Shown here: positions 1-10,700 of the stretch, in pieces | How positions within the stretch are numbered: the stretch's first letter is position 1 | Layout: each line of letters opens with the position of its first letter | Virus record (IMG/VR): IMGVR_UViG_3300010885_080890 | Direction: 5' to 3' (one strand) | DNA: 20,000 nucleotides | Source of the DNA: an uncultured virus (IMG/VR IMGVR_UViG_3300010885_080890) | Lineage: Duplodnaviria > Heunggongvirae > Uroviricota > Caudoviricetes | The notes under the pieces: model-generated | Databases searched by the model: none | Told to the model about the DNA's origin: nothing | Seen by the model: only the letters and a program-made list of their open reading frames with translations | Translations under genes and position numbers: made by a program

Positions 1-261
1 AACTACAACTGGGGATGGGGACTAGTTCTACCAGACGATAGTATTCACGGACCAGAGATTGCACAATTTTATAAGTTCTATAAATACATACCATACATGC
101 CTTTAAACGCTATAGACAGTTCGATAGACTTTAATAATATTCAAACTACTTATACCAATACTCAAAGCTCTTATAATGATTGGACAAAGTATGGAGGGAT
201 AATGGATCAAGCAATTTCAAGAGCATTATATGAAGGGTTAAATTTATATGATAATTTCTAG
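1..261 (+). CDS. 3' end of a hypothetical (probably virion/baseplate) protein, truncated by the window start
   Basis: Frame 1 is open from base 1 to TAG at 259-261 (NYNWGWGLVLPDDSIHGPEIAQFYKFYKYIP...IMDQAISRALYEGLNLYDNF*). It overlaps the next ATG (248) by 14 nt. Not in the ORF track. Function inferred from context only. Confidence 0.75.
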   Translation, partial: NYNWGWGLVLPDDSIHGPEIAQFYKFYKYIPYMPLNAIDSSIDFNNIQTTYTNTQSSYNDWTKYGGIMDQAISRALYEGLNLYDNF

Positions 262-3200
262 TATACTTAATAACGATTACAATGCTTTTGACAATAAAGA
301 CCCATATACGTTTTTAGAATGGTTTAAGCAAAATGATTCTGTCGATCCTGATGTAAATGTTCAATTTCTTGAATATAAAAAATATATTTTAAATTGGACA
401 GAAAAGAAAAAATTAACAAAAATAGAGACAAAAAACGTTATCCAGGCTAGTTACGTACAGGTTTTAAGGGAAATAGCGGTCTCTTACAGCACAGAGGAGG
501 AAAAACGTTTTGTAACTAATGCCGATTTAAACAATCCAAGCGATGTAGAAATAGTACTACCATTCTTTATTTACAAATTAAAGCAAATATGCCTTTACTA
601 TGCTATAGCAAGAGAAGAATTAAAAAGTAGTTTTATTGAATATGGTTCAAGAGGTACTAGCTTTGGGGTAGAGAAAATAGTAAAAGATTTAATATTTTCT
701 ACTGCAAGGCTTGATATATCGTTTGATAATTTACCTTGCTTTTTTCCTCCTCTTTCTTCTATCGCACAAGATTTATATGTAACTGTAGAAGAAATATACG
801 ATACTACAGACAATTATTTTAATGTATCGCCTGATAATATTAGTAAAGACAGGTATAGTACAGTGCAAAATCTTTCCTCTATAAATTTAATTTTTCCGAA
901 TTTATATGTTGAATTTAAGCAAGCAGTAGTAGACGCAATCCATCAATACCCTATTTATATAGATTCATTAAAAAACACTTTTGCAATTAACCCGCCTCTA
1001 TCTGGCATCGAATTAAATTATTTAAAGAATAGAGATTTTGTAGACTATCTTCAGTCAAATTCCACTGATACTTTAAAGTTAAATCTCTTGCGTAAATTAG
1101 CGCCAAAGTATCTAGCAAATGATTTTTATTATCTTAGTACAGGTAGTACTACTACTAATTTTGTATCCGGTTTGTTATTCTCAGTGTCGCCGCTCACAGG
1201 TGCACCTACTCTTAATTTGTTAAATAGAAATAATCCCAGTGTAGCCACGGTACCAAATACTAATGAATTATATACAGAATTAGAACTAGGTAGGTTCTTT
1301 TTACCACATCATCAAGGCGTACTGATTCACAATACACCACAAAAGACATTTAGCATTAACACGGGTGAATTACTTCCTAATACCCTTTATGCATTTCCGG
1401 ATCCCAACGTTGTTGGAAGTGTATCGTATAACAGTAATATTGATAATAATTTTCCTTTAGTTTATAAAGTAGATGTCTCTTGGAATAAAGTAAGTCGTAG
1501 TAATCAGTTTAAATTTGGCGATGTATTCGCAATACCTTATAACAGCCTGTATTATGGTTATCAAAGTCGAGAGCAAGATTTAAATCTAGGGACTTCGGGT
1601 ATTAGTAGAGTTCAGGATAATGTTGATTTTTGGGGTGGATTAAAAAAGAATGAATGGCTTAATGCTGATATATGGCCTGGTATAGATGTAGCAGATATTT
1701 ACCCTAACCAAGATAGGCAAGAATCTTTACTGGTTAATAAAGGTACACCGGTTTATTGGGGAAGCGATATATTTAATAATGATTTTTGTCTTATTAAAGA
1801 AATTAGTCCTTTAAAAAACATTACAAATACAACCAGTCTTACTAGCCAGGGTATTATACCTGGTCAAAATACTAAAGTTACGGTTAATTCTAAACTATTA
1901 GAAGAACAATCAATTTACAATAAGAAAAATGTTCTACCTGGAGATTTATATTTTAGAGATAATATTGTTGGTAAGACATACACCGGGTTAATGGCGTTAA
2001 GCAGCGTACTTTTGAGATATCCTAAAAAAATATATGAAAGTATTCAATCTAAAATAGTTTATTTTGCTATCTACGGTAATACTTTTGTTTTAGAAACGGA
2101 TGATATAGTTGTAGTTGATAGCTATAATTATGACTATGACAATAATCGTATAACACCAACGACACCGCAGGGTTTATTTTTTGATAAATTTTTAACCTAT
2201 AAAAATATTGAACGTTTTGCCGGGGAATGGTATTCTGAAAGAGATGATAAACTATATCTATGCTTTTTAGTAGTAAATCCTCTTCACGGTAAATCTAGCT
2301 ATAAGTCCATATACCCTAAGATATACGATATTAATCTTAGTCCTCTAGTTTCTAAGCTAATTTATCCTGATCCAGAAAAAGATATATTTTTAACGTATTC
2401 ACTATCGGCTAACTCTGAAATACCATCACAAATTGATTTAAAATTACTTGATGGTATAAGTGTAGAGTTTTTAAACAAAACTAACATATTTAACATTTCG
2501 TATCTAGGTAAGAATCTCAATAGTCTGCCATTTGTAGTAAATGAGCAAATTTATAAAAACGAGCCTTATTTTTATACTTATCAGCCCCAAATATTTCAAC
2601 CATTTTATTATACTGTAGATACTAATTATTTCACTTCAAGCCTACCTTATTTTACAAAATATATAGGATCAACGACTGGGATAGTAGGGTCTCATAATTT
2701 TATTCAAGGCCAACTCAATACCTCGCAATATAGTGCGACCGGTGTTAACTATATGTATTGCGATGGTGCACTACCTGTGCAACTAAACCTTTTAGGAACT
2801 TATATAGTTCAATTTGATTGGCAGGTTTATAGCGAAGTTACCGTGTTTATAGGATGCTCAGGTTATATAATTAGAAATACTGATTCTAATTTACTATGGA
2901 ATGCCGATACCGCGACTGCAAAATATCTATTTAAACAAGACACAGTAGGTACTATAGTTGAAAAACTGTCTACTAACGGTGTTAATACTAATATATTAAA
3001 TGTAGGTCTTGAGATAACCAGGCTAACCGATGACCCCTCATTAGTAAAGTTTGTTCTTAAAAGTAATACATTGCCAGCAGAATCACAAATATGTAATACT
3101 CCTTTAGATATTTTTAGAAATCTTAATATAACACTCCTAGGCGAAGGTAGCGGCCGTATTATTACTGATCCATTTTGTATTGATTGCTCATCTAGCTGTT

Positions 3201-4744
3201 CAGAGCTATATCCATTAAACAGTACAGTTACTGTAATTGCTAGCGCTGACGACTATAGTCAGTTTGAAAATTGGATAGGAGACCCTTGTGATCTATTTAA
3301 AACTGATTGTATATTCACTGTTACAACAGCCGTAAATTTAACAGCTTATTTTAGTAAGCTTCCTATATTTGATATTATTGTGACAACTCCAGCAGGTAAA
3401 GTATATTCTCAAGATTTAAAACTTTATGCAGACGCTGGTAATGGTTCAAACGGACCAGTTACTACTAGAAACCCTTATCTTATTAATAGCTTAGTAACCC
3501 TTTCCGCATTAACACCAGTTTCTGGTTGGGCTATGTATGGTTGGGAGGGAGGCCGATGCACCGGTATTGGAGGCGATAGATGTACATTCTTTGTCAATGA
3601 TAATATGAATATTAAAGCGAGATATATCAGATACTATGAATATCCGCTTAAAATTTATGCATCTTCTTACATACGTACACAATCTGCTGCTAATGATACA
3701 ATTATAATAGGTGCCGATTATGTTAATGATGGGGTACATACAAGAAATAAATTTGATATTAAGTACACTTGCAATAGCACTTGTACTTTTGTTTTTACAG
3801 GAACAAATACTTCTAGATACGGAAATACGCTTGTTACTTTATCAGCAGCGCCATCTCCCGGGAGAAAGTTAAAATATTGGACAGGTGATTCCTCTTGTGA
3901 TAGTACTGAATATGTATCGCCAATAACAGATATCATTACAACTATTCCTGTACCGGCAGTAAACATAGGAAACTACTGTACCTTAGAAATGGATAAGCCT
4001 AGATCTGTTACAGGTGTTTTTGATATTGGGTATTATACATTAACGTTAATTATTTCTGGAGACGGATTAGGTGATATATTCACATCGCTACCTGACCCGT
4101 ACTTCAGAGATAGTGTTTTAGGAGGAGATATTATAAAGTACTCTGTTTTAAGCGGTACATCTCTAACTGTAAGGTGCTCAGCATTGAGAGGTAGTACGTT
4201 CCTAAATCTTTCAAGTAGATACTGCACGCCTATTGATTCTGTAAGCACGTGCAGGGTAACTATGGATAATGACGTCACGGTAATCTCAACAATTACAGCT
4301 ACAAGCTTCTATACACTTAAGATTGTCAACCCATTTACTTGCGGTGTTCAGATTACAGCATATCCAAACGGCAGGTATAATCAACAAGTATGTTGCCCGC
4401 CGAATAATTTAACTGAAAAATGCGAGGCGCTGTATCCATCCTACAGATTAATTAATGTAGAGGCTATCAACACTAGCGATAGCTGTGGCGTTGCTTATTT
4501 CTTAACAGATCAAGATATAGTTGATAATGGTGGATTAAAGGTTCAATATCAAAAGGGAGCAGGTTTATACATGTCTGTAATGAATAAGCCTGTAGGATTT
4601 GGTGAGGTATTTTCATTAATTGATGGTAGTATTAAGTTAACACCTGGAGGTACGCCTTACAAAGCTGGTCCCGGCATTGTTATTGAGCCTAAAGCCTTTG
4701 TATCTATGACAGATAACGTGACAATAACCGCAATGCCCTTTTAA
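248..4744 (+). CDS. Large putative virion structural (baseplate/appendage) protein with about 5 C-terminal Cys-containing InlB-B-repeat-like (Flg_new-type) Ig domains
   Basis: 1498-aa ORF. The C-terminal third has repeated units such as LNITLLGEGSGRI..C..C...YP.NSTVTVIASA....F.NW.G..C....C.FTV....NLTAYF. It lies in the structural gene block. The N-terminal ~950 aa were not recognised. Confidence 0.7.
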   Translation: MIISSILNNDYNAFDNKDPYTFLEWFKQNDSVDPDVNVQFLEYKKYILNWTEKKKLTKIETKNVIQASYVQVLREIAVSYSTEEEKRFVTNADLNNPSDVEIVLPFFIYKLKQICLYYAIAREELKSSFIEYGSRGTSFGVEKIVKDLIFSTARLDISFDNLPCFFPPLSSIAQDLYVTVEEIYDTTDNYFNVSPDNISKDRYSTVQNLSSINLIFPNLYVEFKQAVVDAIHQYPIYIDSLKNTFAINPPLSGIELNYLKNRDFVDYLQSNSTDTLKLNLLRKLAPKYLANDFYYLSTGSTTTNFVSGLLFSVSPLTGAPTLNLLNRNNPSVATVPNTNELYTELELGRFFLPHHQGVLIHNTPQKTFSINTGELLPNTLYAFPDPNVVGSVSYNSNIDNNFPLVYKVDVSWNKVSRSNQFKFGDVFAIPYNSLYYGYQSREQDLNLGTSGISRVQDNVDFWGGLKKNEWLNADIWPGIDVADIYPNQDRQESLLVNKGTPVYWGSDIFNNDFCLIKEISPLKNITNTTSLTSQGIIPGQNTKVTVNSKLLEEQSIYNKKNVLPGDLYFRDNIVGKTYTGLMALSSVLLRYPKKIYESIQSKIVYFAIYGNTFVLETDDIVVVDSYNYDYDNNRITPTTPQGLFFDKFLTYKNIERFAGEWYSERDDKLYLCFLVVNPLHGKSSYKSIYPKIYDINLSPLVSKLIYPDPEKDIFLTYSLSANSEIPSQIDLKLLDGISVEFLNKTNIFNISYLGKNLNSLPFVVNEQIYKNEPYFYTYQPQIFQPFYYTVDTNYFTSSLPYFTKYIGSTTGIVGSHNFIQGQLNTSQYSATGVNYMYCDGALPVQLNLLGTYIVQFDWQVYSEVTVFIGCSGYIIRNTDSNLLWNADTATAKYLFKQDTVGTIVEKLSTNGVNTNILNVGLEITRLTDDPSLVKFVLKSNTLPAESQICNTPLDIFRNLNITLLGEGSGRIITDPFCIDCSSSCSELYPLNSTVTVIASADDYSQFENWIGDPCDLFKTDCIFTVTTAVNLTAYFSKLPIFDIIVTTPAGKVYSQDLKLYADAGNGSNGPVTTRNPYLINSLVTLSALTPVSGWAMYGWEGGRCTGIGGDRCTFFVNDNMNIKARYIRYYEYPLKIYASSYIRTQSAANDTIIIGADYVNDGVHTRNKFDIKYTCNSTCTFVFTGTNTSRYGNTLVTLSAAPSPGRKLKYWTGDSSCDSTEYVSPITDIITTIPVPAVNIGNYCTLEMDKPRSVTGVFDIGYYTLTLIISGDGLGDIFTSLPDPYFRDSVLGGDIIKYSVLSGTSLTVRCSALRGSTFLNLSSRYCTPIDSVSTCRVTMDNDVTVISTITATSFYTLKIVNPFTCGVQITAYPNGRYNQQVCCPPNNLTEKCEALYPSYRLINVEAINTSDSCGVAYFLTDQDIVDNGGLKVQYQKGAGLYMSVMNKPVGFGEVFSLIDGSIKLTPGGTPYKAGPGIVIEPKAFVSMTDNVTITAMPF
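3119..4741 (+). repeat. About 5 degenerate ~80-130 aa InlB-B-like/Ig-like protein repeats
   Basis: Recurring elements: Y/F-x-L-x-I start, G-x-G-x-I, VTLSA/VTVIAS, W-x-G-x-x-C, and C-T/R-hydrophobic-x-M/V-D/N...V-T-A/G-x-F end. Visible at protein level only; no clear nucleotide repeat. Confidence 0.7.
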
Positions 4745-4754
4745 ATAATATATG
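4742..4754 (+). promoter_or_regulatory. T4-late-promoter-like TAAATA box overlapping the stop codon, 4 nt before ATG
   Basis: TAAATA-ATAT-ATG. The TAA is the stop of 248..4744. No SD. The T4 late promoter consensus is TATAAATA. Confidence 0.65.
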
Positions 4755-6707
4755 ATACAAACAACACAAAATATTGCTATTTACAATGATCAGCAGCTAG
4801 ATTTATGGAGTGATATTATTGTAAGTTTCGAGTACGAGAGGTACGCATATAATACTTCAACTACAGGTGGGTTTGCAGTAGTTTTTTTTAACAGTATAGT
4901 TGATTTACCTAGAGGTGGAGGTCCAGAATATAGCTTAGGATATACATCTAATACTAGAGCCGAATACTGCTCAAAAGGTGGCTATTCTGGTTTGCAAGCA
5001 GCTTTCTTAGGTATTGGATTTGATAATAAAGGATTGTTTGGCGCCGAAATAGATGGTCATAACGGTATACCTCTATCAGAATTAAACCAGGTCCCTACTA
5101 TTACTGTAAGAGGCGGTGTAGCGGAAGACTATAATGTTTTAAACACATTTAATTTAAATGGTTTGTCTGCATATTCTAATGCATCTACATTTACTATAGA
5201 TCAAAGTGCGTCATCTACAGGAACTATATTTAAAAGATCAGTAAGAATTATTCTTAAAAATAATGCAACAAATTTACTTGTACAGTTAAAAAACAATCCA
5301 GATACGGAACAATTTGACACTGTTATCGATATGCAGCTTCCTGAAAAAGCTCGTACCGCCCTAAGAGTGGCTCTTACTAATACTTCTAGTAATAACATTA
5401 CAAAGTTTAATGTTTTAAACTTTAATACTGCTGGCTTCCCTGGGGTTACTTCGACACAAAAATTAGATCAGTGCTCTGATGTAATAGTACAAAAGAGTTT
5501 TGGTTTAAAAAATAGCGAATTGTGTGCAGGTAATGAATATGTGACAACTTCATTACCTAACAAAGTGGTAACATATACTACCGATACTGTTAAATATAAT
5601 TTAAAAAATATAATTTACACGGGTTCAGGTATAAAAATTACTGGTTCCTCCGGTGACTATGTTGTAGGTATCTATGAAAACAAGCCTCTAGTTGCTGTAT
5701 ATAAGTATCTTGGAGAAAAATTAGCAAAAAATTTCTTAATAACTACACCTGATAACGGTATTCCAACTTGGGCAGATATAGACATGAATACAGGAACGCT
5801 TGCCTTGATGACAAGATCAGTATCAGGTGTCGTGTATGTTTACAATTATACAAGCGAATCTATGGACCAGGTAAAGATTGGTAAGTTTAATCTCTTTCAA
5901 ACTATACCATATTCTCCTGCAGTGCATGGTGATTCTGGTTTTCAAGATAAATTAAAAATAAGCGGAAAAAATTTAATTATTACTGGCGGTAATGAAAAAG
6001 TACATACCTATAGAAAGGATATCTCTACTTTGTGGACTTACGGTCAAAAGTTAAGTGCTACTATTGCAGCTAATTTTATTACCGGATTTGGTGAAGAAAT
6101 TGCGGTCTCTGGTGATCATCTCTTAGTAGGTGCGCCACAATCACAAAAGCTAGCAATACCTGAGCCTACACAGGGAGAGGTATATCATTATGCTTATTCA
6201 ACAATAGAAAATAAATGGAACTTAGTAATGGCACTTGGAAGTTTTTACGGTCTCAATACACCTCTAGGAACTTTTGGATCTACTATAGCTTTTGAAGATG
6301 ATACTTGTGTTGTAGGTAGTCCCGGTGAAGAATATCGCATTGATGAAAATAATTCTATAATCAATGTAGGTAGAATACATTTGTTTAGAAAATCTGCTGG
6401 TGGTGTGTTTTCACAAGGCGCTTCTATTTCACCAGAAGATAATTACATCGAAGCAAATAGTTTCTACGGAACAAAAGTTGCAATTTATGACGGGTATGTT
6501 TTTGTTCTTTCACCTTTTACAGAGTTTTACAAAAAATCATATATTACAGCTTACAATCTAGATTGTAAATTTAAGTTGCCTCCACCACAAATTAATATTC
6601 CTGCATGCGCGCTAATAACCTTTGACAATAGAGCATTTATCTTGGATAGTATTACAGGAACTTACATGTTATCATATTCCTGCAGAATAGGGGGCGATAA
6701 CTTTTGA
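4752..6707 (+). CDS. Putative virion adhesin: N-terminal L-type (legume/ConA-like) lectin domain plus C-terminal FG-GAP beta-propeller
   Basis: 651 aa. Lectin-like motifs GGFAVVFF, GGPEYSLGY, LGIGFDNKG. FG-GAP-like blades GFGEEIAVSGDHLLVGAP, TFGSTIAFEDDTCVVGSPGE, FYGTKVAIYDGYVFV. Confidence 0.7.
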   Translation: MIQTTQNIAIYNDQQLDLWSDIIVSFEYERYAYNTSTTGGFAVVFFNSIVDLPRGGGPEYSLGYTSNTRAEYCSKGGYSGLQAAFLGIGFDNKGLFGAEIDGHNGIPLSELNQVPTITVRGGVAEDYNVLNTFNLNGLSAYSNASTFTIDQSASSTGTIFKRSVRIILKNNATNLLVQLKNNPDTEQFDTVIDMQLPEKARTALRVALTNTSSNNITKFNVLNFNTAGFPGVTSTQKLDQCSDVIVQKSFGLKNSELCAGNEYVTTSLPNKVVTYTTDTVKYNLKNIIYTGSGIKITGSSGDYVVGIYENKPLVAVYKYLGEKLAKNFLITTPDNGIPTWADIDMNTGTLALMTRSVSGVVYVYNYTSESMDQVKIGKFNLFQTIPYSPAVHGDSGFQDKLKISGKNLIITGGNEKVHTYRKDISTLWTYGQKLSATIAANFITGFGEEIAVSGDHLLVGAPQSQKLAIPEPTQGEVYHYAYSTIENKWNLVMALGSFYGLNTPLGTFGSTIAFEDDTCVVGSPGEEYRIDENNSIINVGRIHLFRKSAGGVFSQGASISPEDNYIEANSFYGTKVAIYDGYVFVLSPFTEFYKKSYITAYNLDCKFKLPPPQINIPACALITFDNRAFILDSITGTYMLSYSCRIGGDNF

Positions 6708-7711
6708 TGAATACCTTAAATTTATCTACATCAGCTAGAATATTAATTCCTGCAAATTCAGTAGAATTATCTTCTTACAATTATTGCAACTGGTTAGATC
6801 ATCACATTTTTAAAGATACAAATCTTTCGCCAACCGGATATGATTTTGTATATCCTCAAAGCGCTTACGGGGGTTATTTTTACCCTCGCGCAATTACCTT
6901 TGCAAAAGTGGTATCTGGCGGACCTTTTTATGATATTTGTTATCAAGATTTTTGTACAGAAATATTTTCTATTAATTCAGTGAATTTATATTGTATTTCT
7001 ACTGTAGCCTTTATATTGAGTGCGCTAGATGAGTCTAACGCAAAAATAATAAAATTAATTTACGATTTTGACGATAAAACAGATATGGTTATCAAAAACT
7101 ATGACTATATTAATCCTTATACTATACCTATTAAGCAGCAAACAGTATATCATACGTTTTACCCTAGAGATAATCTTATTACTACCTATCATCCTAAAAT
7201 TTCTGCAATTTATGAGGACGGCTGCACTTCAACCATAGCCATGACCTTGTGCTGTTTTAAATGTGGTATCATAGATGCTTATGAAAACGTAGGATTATTA
7301 GATAGCGCTCAAACTAAAGAAGTTAGGAGTATTGTGTTAACATTGGAAGATAGAAAAAATAGACAACTATTTACAAATATGCTAGATTTAGATGCTCCTC
7401 TACCTCCTTTAACAGCAATACCTCAAGCTCCTGTGACTATACCTACGCTACCACAGCTCACTATAGTGAAAGCTACTTCAGCAAGGTTGCAATTTATTAA
7501 TCCGGTAGCGGTTAATATATTCAATTACGAATATATGGAAGGACTGGGTATTAATTTGACACCAGACTTATTAGAACTAGCCCCAGGAGATTTGATATAT
7601 TCGCCGCTTTCTGGAGGCATTATTCTAATAGATGGCTCTGGTGCACCATATGATGTTGGTGACGGAATACTAATAACCCCGGGAGTAACACGAATTATTC
7701 CTATTGATTAA
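6707..7711 (+). CDS. Hypothetical virion protein with a PKD-like segment and the shared C-terminal YxxGxGI module
   Basis: The track starts at TTG 6704. ATG 6707, a TGATG overlap with the upstream stop, is more plausible (334 aa). LIYDFDD...VYHTFYP resembles the PKD WDFGDG...HTY signature. A Pro-rich linker precedes the C-terminal module. Confidence 0.65.
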   Translation: MNTLNLSTSARILIPANSVELSSYNYCNWLDHHIFKDTNLSPTGYDFVYPQSAYGGYFYPRAITFAKVVSGGPFYDICYQDFCTEIFSINSVNLYCISTVAFILSALDESNAKIIKLIYDFDDKTDMVIKNYDYINPYTIPIKQQTVYHTFYPRDNLITTYHPKISAIYEDGCTSTIAMTLCCFKCGIIDAYENVGLLDSAQTKEVRSIVLTLEDRKNRQLFTNMLDLDAPLPPLTAIPQAPVTIPTLPQLTIVKATSARLQFINPVAVNIFNYEYMEGLGINLTPDLLELAPGDLIYSPLSGGIILIDGSGAPYDVGDGILITPGVTRIIPID

Positions 7712-7721
7712 ATAATTTATG
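7709..7721 (+). promoter_or_regulatory. TAAATA box overlapping the stop codon, 4 nt before ATG
   Basis: TAAATA-ATTT-ATG (ATG at 7719). No SD. Confidence 0.65.
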
Positions 7722-10700
7722 CTAGTTAGCTATTTAACAGAAACAAATTACACGGGCCTTAGTGCACAGTACCCGTACGATGACAATATTAATTTTCAAA
7801 ACATTAAGCTTGGCATCGACGGCCGACTATCTGTTAATATATCTCCAGTATTCTGTGAGTTAAATGACTTTAAAAAAAATAACTACAGCTTAATGTATCT
7901 TACTAAACAGTCAAGTTTTTTAAATTTGACGGATTTTTATGCTATTAAAGACGATACATTAACTAATACTTTAGTAGGTAAGATTTTTAGCAGTGATACT
8001 TTTTCTAGCTCTGGTGCGTATTTAAAGTTTGTTGCATCTATCGATGATCAAGAATTTTTAGCTGTAAATTACGATCAAAGCTTTGTTATTTTAAATTATG
8101 ATGATCCTCTTAACATCTTTCATTTTATTAAAAAAGATTCTATTTTTTGTAATGTAATGTATTATTATAAGAATAATGAATACTACCTTAATTTTAACCC
8201 TGTAACATTAAATTTAAATTTTACTGTTTTATCTGCGTTTAGTGATGTGAAAGATTATACAAGAAACTTTTATTATACCTATGATGATAAGAGTAACGTA
8301 TTTACTCTGCAATGTAGAATAAATGGAATAGCTTATAGAGTAATTAGAAACTATAATACTTCACGACTGGCTTTGAGTACTATGACTGATATAGATAGAT
8401 CGGATAAAAGATGCTTGTTTTACCTTTATACAGCAAATAAATTCTCTACTCCTGAGATTACAGTTGACTGGGGAAGCTATCAAAAAAAGTTCAATCAAAA
8501 CAATCTATTAATTGATGCAACAAGAAGTTTTTATGATACTAAATCAAACTTTTTAATACACAGTGAGTATTTTAATTTTAATCGAACTTATCTTCCTTAT
8601 GATATATTAAGTTTAAAAACTCAACTTAATTCAAAAAATTATGCAACAAGAGGAAATATTTTTCCTGACGAAGATCAAGTTACTAATAGAGATTATGTGA
8701 CCATATTTAGCGGTGGAAGACAGGAAAAAGGATACGAAAAATTACATTTACAGTATCAAACCTATACCCATCCATATGAATTTATTGCAGGCAAAACAAC
8801 TTGGTTTCATACACCACAATCAATGCATCCCTATGAAAGAATGAACATTAATAATACTTCTTTAATAGACGCAGGAGCGGTAGGCGGTGATCATCCCCTT
8901 AGAAGCGATAAAGTTTTTAAAAAACTAGGCAATTATAAAAATACTGCAAATTTCGGCAATAGCACTAGCGAGCAAACCGGACAATGGCTTTGTTCCTGGT
9001 TGTCCGCTGCCCCGGATATAAGTGTAAAACCTGTCTGGGTGGATAGATTTTTTAACCCCTCTAAGCTAACACCTTTTCAAGCTTTATCTGCATCACCCGG
9101 GTCTATTATCTACAATCCTTCTTATAACTGTTATTTAAGCGAGGGTATTTACGATGCACCGTCAAGTTTAACTTTTGAACCGGGTAACCTATATGCTTAT
9201 TCTAGGCTAGGCAGAATAGATGCTCAGCAAAATATATTAGCATTAAATGAAAGCTTGCAAATAAAAAATTTCTCTGATTACAGAAGACTAGACGGTAAAG
9301 ATCTTCAAGAAGAAGTTAGGGATAATATGTCTACTTTTACTTTTGACAGTGATAGTTATAGCGTAGTGAATGTTGAAAGCTTTAAATCGGAGCTAAACGT
9401 TTTTTCAGTAGGATTTTGGGCTTACAGAGAAAACTGGTCAGAACCATGCGGTTTTCAGTTAGGCGGTAATTATACTGACTACGGTTTAGGTATTTTTAAT
9501 TACGAGTACGTTAATCCTTTATTAATGTATATATCTACTGTAAACGGACAGAGCGTTGTAAATGCATATAACAGCAATTTAGAATTAGTTAATGTTTATA
9601 ATGCCAATGGTTTAATAGTAGATAAAATTGATTATTTTGCGCGGCGAGATGTATTGAATTCATTTCATTTATTTTCCAGTCTGTCTAGCGTATATGAACT
9701 CAACTTGCAAGAAGCTATAATAGATTCTGCTAAATTGCCAAGTAGAATTAGAAGAGCAACAAATGACGACAAATACTGCTATATGCTTTTAGATGGTACA
9801 CCAAACATATACAAATTAAATCTATTGACTAATGAAATATTCTTAACAGCTGCAAACTTTAATCTTAATTTAAATCAAATCATAGATCCGCCTTTAAAAG
9901 ATTTTTATATATCTAATGCAACAATAGCTGTTACTAACGATAGTAAGGTTATTCTACTATCTACTTACGGAGTTACCGAGCCTAGGGTAATAAGCAATTA
10001 TCTTTATTTTCTAGATGATGTTGATACACGGGGAGGTACATTAAAAGTATGGGATACTACTACTAATACCAAAGTTATTAGTTCAGTTATACCGGCAAAA
10101 AGATTCTACACATACTTTAATATTGATAAAAACTGTAATTTATGGTGTGTTAGCGGGACAAAGATTGATATATACAAACAATATGGCTTATTAGACAGAT
10201 CTATATCATTAACTAATAGCCTATCTTCCTATGGTAATTTTAGTATACTAAATGTTACTTTTACAGATAATTTTGTAGATGGTGAGCTTGTAAATGATAC
10301 CTTTATAACTACTACCGGTGTTGCAAATAATACATATTACATCTCTAAGCTGGATGACCAGGGTAACGTTGTTAAGACTGTATCTTTTTATACTTCTAAT
10401 TTTAAAAATATAGATCCTAGTAATCACAGCTTTTTTTACTCGCGTAATGTAGTAGAGCAAAACAAATATACATTTAAAGCTAGGCTGTATAATCAGTTTG
10501 ATACGGAAGATTCTATAATACTAAATTTACCAGTTTTAAATGCCGATTTAAACCCTGGCTATCATCATTTTGCTATAACTGTAGACTGTCTTAATGGTAA
10601 GGCTAATTTATATGTAGATAATGAAGTTTATGTTTCACAAGATTTTACCCCGGGTAAGTTTTTATTTGCTTCTTTATTAGAGGATAATCTTGTTGTGGGT

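Noticed and set aside
79..86. Perfect TATAAATA inside the first partial CDS, plus intragenic TAAATA at 1221, 5591 and 14231
   Set aside because: Not positioned at a gene start, and hexamer hits are expected by chance at this AT content. The 79-86 site could still be a real late promoter for the 248 gene, but the sequence alone cannot show this.
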